NCBI RefSeq assembly: GCF_006345805.1
Contig: NC_043007.1
Location: 7,254,001-7,318,000, forward strand
DNA length: 64,000 bases
Direction: 5' to 3'
Source of the DNA: Octopus sinensis
Lineage: Eukaryota
Part shown: piece after piece, positions 14,263 through 26,393 of the stretch
Layout of the letters: each line of letters starts with the position of its first letter
Numbering within the stretch: position 1 is the first letter of the stretch
The notes under the pieces: model-generated
The model's input: only the letters and a program-made list of their open reading frames with translations
What the model was told of the DNA's origin: nothing
Database searches by the model: none
Translations under genes and position numbers: made by a program

Positions 14263-15644
14263 TGACCCTAGATCAGAAGTAACCAAACAGATAATCAGAG
14301 CATTAATTAAAGACACGTCAGCCATGACCATCATGTATTTTTTCAAACAACTAACACTTCATCATCCAATACAGCATTTCTTTCCATCTCCGGAAAGTTG
14401 AAAGACAACGATGAACTCATCGGAAATTTCAATGTAAAGATCCGAATAGAAACACTGCAAAGCATCTTTTCGGTCGCCCCAAAGATTTTGGCTATTTGGA
14501 CTTTATCTTTGGCCATATCTTCGACTATGTACTTCAAATTTTTAACATAAAGTTGTTTCACTCGCTCGCCTAACAAAACACCGAACATTATATTGTGTTT
14601 TTTACCACTTTTTTACCTTAAAAATTTCCCTTACCGAAAAAACAATGTCGCCTTATTGTTTTAATATAAAAATATGAAACTTAAATTTTGTGATGCACGC
14701 AAGTTGCTAATGAAAGCGTTTGGTCCTCAAACTCAAAGGTTCACATCTTGAATTGGTCATCGTATTGTGTCCTTGAATGATAAGCTTCCGTTCACCTTGC
14801 TCTAGTTTACACATATGTAATGAATACAGCTGAGATGCTGATGCATGCCACGGCCCAGATACTCCACTGGGTCAAGGGTAAAAGAGGTTGAGAGAGTCTC
14901 CTAAGTCTACTCGTCGCTGCATTGGTACCTAAAACAATTCGCGAAAAGGCGGAGGCAAGCCATACACAACGAAAACTCATTCGCTCACGAGTGACGAGTG
15001 GTTTGTGCTTCTTCATAAGCTGTTAACACGGGTGAAGGTTAACGAGAAATGCTGCCCTCGCTTAGTAAAAACAGAAACATATTATGGTAATCCTATCCAA
15101 CAACATATACGACGTGGCTTTTCTAATATATTTCTCGTATCAACAACAGCAATATTATATTTATTTGTTTACTGAATGAAAATCTAAAATATGTACATAT
15201 GATCTTTGCTTTTCAAAACAACTTCTCACCTATTGCTCTGATCCAACATGAAACCAGGTCATTTACTTCGTCACCGTCAACAATGAACTCACTACAAAAA
15301 AGTAACAGAACTTTTACATGATGTGATAAGGTCAATTATTCCTCGTGTGTGGCAACATTTTGCAAAGAAAAGATGCAAGGTGTTAATCGTGGAACTGTAA
15401 AAACGTATAAGAAATACAAAATTATTATTAAATCTCGTATAAAATATAGTTGAGTTTGTGTATTATTACATATAATTCGCTCCCAATAATATATCACAAA
15501 AACTAATGAAAGAAACACAGACTAGAATAACAATGATAACAAGTTGATTAATGTACTCTAATAAAATGTATTTATATTAGTTTTACAATATGTCATCAAC
15601 ATATGGTGTATAACATAATTTCTGTTTTCTTTTTCTTCTTTTAG

Positions 15645-15886
15645 ATAAACACAATTCATCAACGGAATGCAGCTGTTATACAGGAATCTTCAAGAAGAGA
15701 AAATGTGCATTGAAATGAAAATTAGTCTGACGGTTTCCTGCAATTATAAGAGCAAAATCTCATGTTAAATTCCAATTAATGCCAACTCTGTCAACGTTAA
15801 CAATATGACGTATTATTTTCATTATAAATCAAGAGGTTTTATACAGAAGCTACGAAACTTCAGTTTATAGAAGAAGTGACCGCAAA
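15645..15886 (+). other. Putative 5' UTR portion of mGluR exon A
   Basis: Strong acceptor (tttctgttttctttttcttcttttag) ending at 15644, which implies an upstream non-coding exon that I did not locate. Confidence 0.65.
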
Positions 15887-17255
15887 ATGAACTCAAGACG
15901 TAAACTCCGCCGTCTTTACTTCAGTTTAGTTCTTACAATTTTGGTTTGGGTTTCATTCGCATTTTCCGTCGCCCCAGACAATAAAACAGGAAAAGCTCTC
16001 ATTCCAGGAGATATTATTCTTGGGGGATTGTTTCCTGTCCACCAAAAAGGTGAAGGGGATAAACCATGCGGTGAAATAGATGTGCAAAGGGCCATTCAGA
16101 GATTAGAAGCAATGTTATTTACGGTAGACCACATCAATCAAAATGCTTCAATCCTGCCTGGAATCAAGTTAGGTGCGGCGATTCATGACACCTGTGCTCG
16201 AGCAACGTATGCCCTCGAGCAATCACTTGAATTCGTCAGGGCATCTATCAGTACATTAGACGCATCTGAATTTGAGTGTGAGGATGGGTCGCGAGCAAAA
16301 GCGAAGTATATTCCAACAGCTGTCGCAGGGGTTATTGGTGGCTCTTCGAGTAGTGTTTCGTTACAAGTAGCAAACCTTCTAAGACTTTTTCACATACCAC
16401 AAATAAGCTATGCATCAACGAGTGCAGCCCTAAGTGATAAAACGCGATTTGATTATTTTGTACGTACAGTGCCACCGGATACTTTCCAAGCAATAGCAAT
16501 GGTTGAACTCGTCCAAGCTTTTAACTGGACATATGTTTCAACGGTTGCATCACAAGGAGACTATGGTGAATCGGGAATTGATTATTTCCAACAGGAGGCT
16601 CGTTTGAGAAATATTTGTATAGCTACTACTGTTAAAATTCCTACCAATTCAAAAACCGAAACTTTTAAATACATAATCAGGAGATTGTTGGAGAAGAAAA
16701 ATGCAAGAGTTGTTATTCTCTTTGTCCGCATCGAGGATGCGACCAGCATACTCGAGTCAGCCACAAGAATGAACGTTACAAACCATTTTGTATGGATAGC
16801 TAGTGATGCCTGGGGTCGTCAACCTCATCCAGTTAAAAACAACGAGAAAGTAGCAGAGGGTGCATTGACTATAGAACTTACTTCAACGGTAATACCTCAA
16901 TTTGATGATTATTTTCAACGATTAGACCCTTATCTAAATACAAGAAATCCATGGTTTACGGAGTATTGGGAAAAAGTTCACAACTGTAAATGGAAGACTG
17001 AAGAGCGGTCGGTACCATTGCTTATAAATGAAATGCCACGTCAAATATGCAATGGCGACGAAACCCTTGAACCTGGATACTACAAACAAGAGGGCAAAGT
17101 GCAGTTTATTTACGACGCCGTCTACGCAATGGCTTTAGCAATACATAGGATGCAACAAGATGTCTGCCCTAGAACGACGAAACTTTGTGAACGAATGAAA
17201 AAGATTGATGGTGAAGTCCTCTTAAAAAAATATCTCCTCAACACATCGTTCTATG
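15887..17255 (+). CDS. mGluR: Metabotropic glutamate receptor (group II-like), coding exon A: signal peptide and Venus flytrap domain
   Basis: ORF with GDIILGGLFPVH, IQRLEAM, SVSLQVANLLRLFHIPQISYAST, RTVPPD, FNWTYVSTVAS, ASDAWG, RNPWF and QEGKVQFIYDAVYAMA, plus a hydrophobic N-terminus. Donor TATG|gtaagt after 17255 (phase 1). Confidence 0.97.
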
Positions 17256-17610
17256 GTAAGTGTCATATTTGTTTAAACATAGCAGATGCATATATTTGAT
17301 TTAATGGGAAGATAGATATAATAGCAGAAACATACGAATAATCATTTTCAGACAATTAGGCTTCCTCTTAGTTTTCATCAATCTGAACGCCGATCAGTCC
17401 CAGATAGTCTATTTGTGGATATGTTGATACTAGCGGACTTATGATTCGGACGAAGAAATATTTAACAATTTTAGAATTTAAATGTGTAAAAAGAAATATG
17501 ATGGTGGTTTTTAGTGTGTGGTAATAACGGATGTGAGGAGGCTATGATGCTAACACCATGTTCCTTCGTCTTACCTAAATTGTGGTTTTTAGTTGTGCTA
17601 ATAACGGATG

Positions 17611-17908
17611 GGTGGAGGCACATGGCCTAATGGTTAGAGCAGCGGGCTCGCGGTCGAGGGATCGCAGGTTCGAATCTCAGACCGGGTGATGTGTGTGTTT
17701 ATGAGCGAAACACCTAAGCTCCACGCGGCTCCGGCAGGAGGTAATGGCGAACTTCTGCTGACTCTTTCACCACAACTTTCTCTCACTCTCCTCCATCTTG
17801 CAGCTCACCTGCGATTGACCGGCGTCCCGTCCAGGTGCGGAACCTATACACCAAGGAAACCGGGAAACCGGCCCTAATGAGATAGGCATGGCTCGAAAAG
17901 GAACAAAC
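17611..17908 (+). mobile_element. Full-length tRNA-derived SINE (family C) with 11-bp TSD
   Basis: A box tggcctaatggttagagc, B box ggttcgaatctc; TSD aataacggatg at 17600-17610 and 17909-17919. Confidence 0.9.
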
Positions 17909-18430
17909 AATAACGGATGTAAGGAGGCTATGATGCTAACACAATGTTCCTTCATCTTCCCTAAATATAATATGGTTCGTGTTTATAGTTTCCAGGATTG
18001 ATTTGTAAATCAGACGTCTGTTGATAGAATCGTAATCCATTTATTAAGTGGGAAGTGAAATCGTATCCGATAAGCTGTGTCGCCCTCACTATACAAAATA
18101 TTAATTTATTACGTCGTCTGATACATCAACATTATATATCAAATGTCGAAAAAACGATCGAGATGCCAGAGATATAAATATATTATTAATATTCCTTATC
18201 AATAGTTGAAACTTTTCCTTTCGGCAGAAATAAAGTCGGTCGAATTCACATGCTGACATTCAATTAACACAACAGGTGCAAGTGTCTCTCATTTGTACGG
18301 TAGCTTTCATATTCAGGTTTATTTAAGATAGGACAGACAAGAATAATATTACTGGCATTCATTGAAATTGAAAAGAGCAGTCGCTTTCGATATATATTTA
18401 TACATACATACACATACGTATATATTTAAG

Positions 18431-18493
<63 letters not shown>

Positions 18494-18897
18494 TTACTTT
18501 TCTTTTTAATATAATAATAAATCAGTTTGTATAGATGCTTCGACAACTACCCTTCCTATATCTTCTTATATTGACACATCGGTTCGTAGTAATCAACTGG
18601 TAGATCAATAACATATACAGAGAAATGCAGACACATCCGCAGACATACACGCCACTGTAAACAAATATATTGGTATGCGCACGCGTCTAGCATTTTATAT
18701 AACAATACGAAATATAGACTACCTCTTTTGTGTGTGTGTGTGTATGTGTATGCATACATATATATATACATATACACTTTAGATGAGTTGTAGTGCACCT
18801 GAGCACTGTACACATTATTATTATTATTATATATAATATATATATATATACATATATATATATGTATATATATATATATAATATATATATATATATA

Positions 18898-18953
<56 letters not shown>

Positions 18954-19430
18954 GAGAGAGAAAGAGAGGACTATAGACAGATGCACACACTAACATATAC
19001 ATATGTTTACACGTATATATATATATAGGGAGTGTATATACATATGTATATGTGTGTGTATATACATATATGTGTGTGTGTATTTGTTGTTACTATCAGG
19101 TGACATGTATGTGATCGTATAAGTATATATGCGTGTTCGTATAAAATTACAAAATATATAGGGAGAGGCAAAGAGATACAAATATATGTATGTATGTAAT
19201 GTATGTATGTATACACTTTGATATGATTGCTTAAGCGTGCATGTATGTACAATCAGCAAATGCAATGAAATACAAGCTATGTGAAAATGAGCCGAGGATG
19301 GGACAATCAATATGTAGGTGTGCACAATGCTGAGTTAAAGAGAAACAGCCAGGTAAAGACACAGGAGGTTGAGTAAAAAAATACATAATATGTACGTATA
19401 AGTATAAAATACACATACACACACGTAGGA

Positions 19431-19479
<49 letters not shown>

Positions 19480-19923
19480 ACGCATATATACAGGCGAAGT
19501 TACGGACACAGAAGCGGTAGGAAAAGAGAAAAGGAATATATATGGATGATGGCAAGGGCTGATAATAGATATAACGGAGGATAAACAGTGCAACTGAAAA
19601 GCAAGCAATTATAGGAACGGGTATGCGTATATAAACACGTACCTATCAGGGTACACTGGGTACGGTCATGCATAGCTGTGTACTTCTGGCAAACACGTTT
19701 TGTGGGTAGTTTGGTATATATAAACATATTCATAGATACATCGCCAACCCCAACGATCAATTACAGAATCTCTATATGTTCACGTGTGTATCTGTGTGAG
19801 CACGTGTGTTTGTATGCATATAATTATGTGAGAGTATGCATGTATGTATGTGTACATATATATACATATACACATATATATATATGTATATATACATACA
19901 TATATATTGCATATATATATATA

Positions 19924-20523
19924 TAGCAATTAAGGACAACTACTTAATAAGGAAAACTTAACAAGAAATTGTCAGGTAGATAGCGTGAAAACCTCATAAG
20001 AGAAAAAATTTCGAAAATAATTACTTCTTATTGAACATATTAATTTATATATAGAGGGCATTATACATACATGCCACACGCTAAGAGGGACAATTAGTCA
20101 TTTCTACCAAAAATATTACTAATCCCACCGAATGCAATTTTTCAAAGTAAGACATTTAAAAAATATAGACCTGTATCACAGTGATTTCATACTTACGTAT
20201 TCATCAGCAGGCCTGGATGTATCATACATAAACGACCCTGCCTCGCTTAAGCCGATCAGCTAACTGATCAACATCAACGAAGCACATGGGTGAGTTTACA
20301 TATATTACATCCGGTAAATGGCAGACTTTTACGAATTGCATTTCGGGAAAGGAAAAAGTTTTTTCGGAATAAAAATGTAGCAATTAAGGACAACTACTTA
20401 ATAAGGAAAACTTAACAAGAAATTGTCAGGTAGATAGCGTGAAAACCTCATAAGAGAAAAAATTTCGAAAATAATTATTTCTTATTGAACATATTAATTT
20501 ATATATAGAGGGCATTATACATA
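19924..20523 (-). mobile_element. Non-coding element with 146-bp direct terminal repeats and an internal HHR, inside (TA)n
   Basis: 19924-20069 is repeated at 20378-20523 (period 454); TA-rich tracts on both sides. Confidence 0.8.
20168..20213 (-). ncRNA. Type I hammerhead ribozyme with intact core
   Basis: Minus strand: ggcctg CTGATGA atac-gtaa-gtat GAAA tca-ctg-tga TA caggtc. All three stems pair; AUA site. Confidence 0.85.
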
Positions 20524-20550
20524 TATATATATATATATAATATATATATA

Positions 20551-20594
<44 letters not shown>

Positions 20595-20994
20595 CTGCTA
20601 TTATGTTAAACTGTTGCATGTCCAAATTTGGCCAAATGCCCTTTTTTTGTTTGTTTTTTTCCAATATTTAATTTTCCTTGCAACAGCCGCTTCTTTTGGC
20701 CACACTATCGCATATCCATCTGCTTGAGATGAAAATTGTCAAAGTGTTGTAAAATGGTCTAGCATTGTTCAAAAGTGTAGTAAGTTCCACATACGATAGA
20801 CAGTTAGGATGCCCATAACGAAGTATTATTGTTAAGCTGAAATTGTTGCTAATGTAAAAAGAAATGGAATGGCGAAACTATTTTTTCCTTTTCTGAAAAA
20901 GCAACGTTTTGGACTTACGACACTTTTGCATAATAGCAACGATATGTGTGCGTGTGTGTGTGTGTGCTTGCGTGTGTGTGTAAATATAGCTCAC

Positions 20995-21284
20995 ATACCG
21001 TCTGTTACGACGGCGAGGTTTTCAATACAAGGGTTCCAGTCGATTCGATCAACGGAATAGCCTGCATGTGGAATTAACGTTTAAGTGTCTGAGTACTCCA
21101 CAGACAAGCGTACCCTTAACGTTGTTATCGTGGAGGTTCAGCGTCACACAGAATGTCACAAGGCTAGCTACGCTTTGAATTACAGGTGCAGCTTCTTTTT
21201 GCCAGGTGAGTGGACAGGAGCAAGAGTCTTGCTCAGGGACCTAACGATCGTAAGCCCAATTCCATAACCACTAATCTACGCGCC
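20995..21284 (-). mobile_element. SINE (family E), diverged
   Basis: Shares aagtg.ctgag.actcc.caga..tacccttaac..ttcagcgt.acacaga..tcacaaggct with 56460-56652; tRNA-like head at the right end. Confidence 0.7.
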
Positions 21285-21454
21285 AACACTATAATTATAC
21301 ATGCATAGGTACATACATACACATTTATATATGTGTGTATGTATGTATGTATGTATGTATTACTATATATATATATATATATAGATATATATATATATAT
21401 ATTATTATATATATATATATATTATATATATACATATTACGTATTTCGATAAAA

Positions 21455-21491
21455 CTATTGAAAAGGTTGCAAGACGCAACGAAAATTTTAG
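21455..21491 (+). ncRNA. Ultra-minimal HHR-like motif (U3:A8 core)
   Basis: cta TTGAAAA g-gttgc-aagac-gcaac GAAA att t tag; stem III reduced to the palindrome AATT. Confidence 0.45.
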
Positions 21492-21607
21492 AAAAATAAA
21501 AATAAGAAAAAAGTGGAAATTTTACCGGTGAGTGTGTTATATTATAAAGCACAAAAAGAAAGTGACTCTCCCCAGACACAATATATATACATACACACAC
21601 ACATACA

Positions 21608-21683
<76 letters not shown>

Positions 21684-21767
21684 TCTGCTTGGGGTTAAAC
21701 TAGTAGTAATATTCTTTACATTATTTACATTTGATGGAATTATGTTTCCGTATCTTGTTTGTTGTTA

Positions 21768-21810
21768 ACACCGCGTTTCGGCTGATATACCCTCCAGCCT
21801 TCATCAGGTG
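21768..21810 (-). ncRNA. Degenerate HHR motif
   Basis: Minus strand: cac CTGATGA a-ggctg..cagcc GAAACgcg gtg. Core and stem II are good; the NUH site is missing. Confidence 0.55.
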
Positions 21811-22135
21811 ACTATGTATACATGTGTGTATGCGTTTGTGCACCTGCATATATCTAGCTACCCTACTACTTCGCTACTCAAAGCATCGCCAATTTTCTAG
21901 AGAGCTTCTCTCCACAAACTGGTCACTGCTGGTAAGCCGAAACATTAAACTCTGTCTAGCCTTTTCCTTATAAAAATCAACACATATATACACCACTAAA
22001 AGAGTATTGAGTGATCCTTCAATTTAAAGTTAAATTGTTTTTATATGTACTTTCACATAAAAACAACCATACATATTTGTACACCTTTACTGACCTTTGC
22101 TAAAATTACAAACTAATATATTCACACGGGAACGC

Positions 22136-22310
22136 GGGGCAAAAGGCTTAGTGACATTCCGTCTGTCTTAGGCTCTGAGTTCAAATTCTGCCGATGTCGT
22201 CTTTGCTTTCAACATTTTGGGGTTGATAAAATAAGTACCAATTGAACACTGGGATCGATAATACTGACATATCCCCCCAAAATTTCTGGACTTGAGCCAA
22301 AATTTAAAAT
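22136..22310 (+). mobile_element. SINE family A, tail type 2, diverged
   Basis: ctctgagttcaaattctgccga..ggggttgataaaataagtacca..ccccccaaaattt. Confidence 0.75.
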
Positions 22311-22403
22311 CAGTATATGTGCTCACAAAAATATACGTATGTACGTATGTATGTATTTATGTATATACATGCATGCTTATTTGTAGCTGGCTAGCTAGCT
22401 AGC

Positions 22404-22608
<205 letters not shown>

Positions 22609-23605
22609 AACCATTTTTTATTGGCCACACAGGGCTGAACACAGAGGGGATAAATACAAATGTAGAGCTTTTCTTTTCGAAAATGAAAACGAAAAAGAGA
22701 AAAAAAAATAAATTTCGATCAAAAGTGATCGGGGGAAAAATAAAAGACAAAAAAATGCGATCAGCAATTACTACAATAGACTCGGCCGACAGGCGGACTC
22801 GTCCCACGCGTGACAGCAGCCGTTCGGCATAAGCCCACAGGTCCGAAATGGCTGGACACTGCACGAGTGCGTGCAGAACGGTTTCATCGCTCTGACCGCA
22901 TCTCGGGCAAGTCGGTCCAGTGTGACTCGAACCGTACCTGTAGAGCTTATCCCGAACAGGTAATGCTTCTCGATAACACTGCCAGGCCAGGGATCTTTGG
23001 TGATTCTCCATTGGATCCGGGCCCGAAAGTTGTCCTGAACAGGCGGGTCAGGTGTTCCGCGTCGACGCCCTGATTCTGCCCGAGAACCTCCCCTCCCTCA
23101 CTAATCTTCTATAGAATGTCTTTGTTGTAATGAAGTCGCACAACTTTGGTCCTGGACGACAGAGTTGCTTGAGAGCAAACGTGACGCTCGTGGTGCCATT
23201 CGCCTAACCTCGGTCTCTGTTTGATCCACGACTGTAGTTCGTCTAAGGAGACGAGCTGCGGGAAAGCGCGCCGCACAAAAGGCGACCACACCTGTTCACC
23301 GTCGTCTATGGAGCGCTGGAGATGTCGCAGTCTCAGCGCATGTCTGCGCATCATCAACCACGGCATGCCTAGTCCTCCGTTTAGCGGATGTTGACAGCAA
23401 ATTGATCGCTTAACCATCGGAACGCTTCCCTTCCACAAGAAGCAGAACAGTATGCGTTCCAGTTTGGTGATGGTAGGGTCGGGACAAGTTACGACGGTCA
23501 GACGGTACTCGATTACGGATGCGATGTACGCGTTCGCCACCTCTGCCCGACCTTTTGTGGATAGCTTCCTCTCGGCCCATTGCTGGATGAGAGTGCCCAT
23601 GATTG
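22609..23605 (-). mobile_element. 5'-truncated Tx1/L1-clade non-LTR retrotransposon (RT C-terminus, zf-RVT, 3' UTR)
   Basis: [30 protein letters not shown] and LPVRDKL..CPRCGQSDETVLHALVQCP (CCHC), with frameshifts; AATAAA close to the 3' end. Confidence 0.88.
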
Positions 23606-24045
<440 letters not shown>

Positions 24046-25467
24046 ATCGATCTACAGAATATATTCTCTGTAATAAGAAATGCAGTTTTACCCGCCACGT
24101 CTTTATAGCTGAATGAATGATAAATGTTATATATTTTCTTTTGGCCTTTTGGGTCGGTTTGTTTTCTGCTGCTTAGATTTCTTTATATTTTTATTAATTT
24201 TGCTGACGTTTTGTATTTGTTCTCTAAGAAACAAAATCATAGGAATCTTTCAAATCTACTTCTTATCAGATGAGCTTCGAATTCTTCTGTGAACACTTAT
24301 GAACAGGATATATGTTGGGGTCTTTAACAGTCTAAGATATAATCAATGCTATAAGTATTCATTGTAAAGCTACACATAACAAGCGCCATATTTAATCTTT
24401 GAACTTGGAGAATAATAGTAACTTCTTTTATATTAAGCAAGGCATCAGATTGAATTGTTGAATCGGAGATTAGCTCTTGCATCATATGTCTTTTCCCCCC
24501 TCTTTTCGCATTTCGTATATGTTTTTTACATGTTTATTTATTTGGTTATTTTGCTAATTTATTCATATGCATTTATGTATTGTTATAGGATGAATTCACT
24601 GTAGATGATTTGGGATGTAAAGAATTCTACTTATATATATATATATATTATATATATGGGGTTCGGGTTATTCATTTATTCATATACGTGTGTGTGTGTA
24701 CACATATATAGATTAGGTTGTTGTTATGGATAAATCAAAGTGATTATTCATGGTGGAGTGAAATGTTTTTTTTTTTAGTTATATTTGTCAGTATTAATAT
24801 TACATCCATCATCATCATCGTCGTCGTTTGTATTTGGTTTCCTTCCAATCAGATTGATTTTTTGTTGTAGTTTCAGTTTATTGGTTAATAAATTTTACTG
24901 CCATTGTAATTGATTAGCCCCAGGCCAACAGTAAGCGATGAAACTCATGGTCAATGTCAATCCAGTCGTGCCCGCCTTATCATTTGCTTTACCACTGTCA
25001 TACACTGTATCTAGGAAAATATTATCCACTCTGACGATTCTTGTTCTTAACGGCAATGTTTGTTTGGCGAGAGATTAGGTTGTTATTTTTAGCATGTCGA
25101 AAAACAAAGAGAAAACTTACTCTGCTGCTATCGTAACTTCATCCCCGTTGCTGTTATTGTTGTTGTTGCTTTAGAATTGTCAGCTGGTCCTTTCTGTTGT
25201 TATTTCCTGATCAAGAATTAGGGCGCGCCTAGTGTATTAATTGACTTTCATTGCTCCCTTAGCTCTTTCAATGGATCGTAGGGACACCGTCGTGACACGC
25301 AATGTATCCCACACACAGATCATCCCTCTAGATGTGTTACAAGGCCGATGTCTTTCAGATCATAGAAATACAAGCAGAAAGAGAAGAATCAATCCCACTA
25401 AGATTTTGTACTTTATTTCTCGATCGCGAAATGGCAAAACTGAGCTCAGTGGGACTCGAATTGAAAC

Positions 25468-25659
25468 CGAAACGCTTAGCGGTATTTCGGCTGTCGTTAC
25501 GTTCTGAGTTCAAATTCCGCCGAGGTCGACTTTGGCTTTTATCCTTTCGGGGTCGATAAATAAAGTAACAGTTTCGCACTGGGGTCGATGCAATCGACTT
25601 AATCCCTTTGTCTGTCCTTGTTTGTCCCCTCTATGTTTAGCCCCTTATGGGCAATAAAG

Positions 25660-25662
<3 letters not shown>
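25468..25662 (+). mobile_element. SINE family A, tail type 1, 5'-truncated
   Basis: Core plus ..ttgtttgtcccctctatgtttagccccttatgggcaataaagaa, running into (TA)n. Confidence 0.88.
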
Positions 25663-25690
<28 letters not shown>

Positions 25691-26393
25691 CCAGTTGTGC
25701 ACCTGAAAAACCTGAGACTAAAATGAAATAGAGTATTCTTGGTTTTCTATATCGTGACTTAACATTCTACTGTAACGTACCTTCCTATTTAATGAAATAT
25801 AAACTCATGGCAGGTCCCGTTGTTTTTAATAAATATCATCATACTAAGAAATAAAGGTGTAATAATATAAGAACAAAGAGTGAAATGAAACTTTTGATAA
25901 ATTTTCGTTTTGTTCCTGCTTATTTTAGATTAGAATCCAGTGACGGTGAATTTATGTCTTCGAGATCTCTATCCAGTAATATACTGGGGTCCAGGCAATA
26001 AAACGTATCTATTAATCTGATTGCACACAATTTTCCATTAATTACTTATATGAAATAGTTTTTCAAATTATGATTTCTTCTTAATAAATATTTATTGTAT
26101 ATCTCTCAGAAAATAATATTCCCTGGGGTATAGCGATATTAAGAGCCGATAATAATTTTAGAATTCCGGTCTTTCAAAACTATTATCCGAATTAAATTAA
26201 TATTTCTCTTCGTTAGCGTGAAAGGGAGGCGGGAAATAAAGGTTATTAAACAATTCTCAATACAACATAAATGTATTTGATAATTTGATTATTCATCACG
26301 TTTATAAAATTATTCCTTTTAGACATTAATAATAATCTTCGCTACTAATTTTGCTTATTTCGTTTTTTCTTTTCTCCTGTTTGTTCTTTCCAG

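Noticed and set aside
14005-14346. Thr/His/Asn-rich ORF
   Set aside because: Low-complexity trinucleotide tract with no splice or domain evidence.
17256-17299. ORF continuation GKCHICLNIADAYI* suggesting a secreted flytrap-only protein
   Set aside because: It is read-through past a consensus donor that splices in frame to the next exon.
17611-17685. tRNA gene
   Set aside because: A and B boxes are present, but there is no proper acceptor stem and it continues into a SINE body with a TSD.
26351-26393. N-terminus MLISFFLFSCLFFP of the 373-aa ORF
   Set aside because: This is the intron polypyrimidine tract, not a signal peptide.
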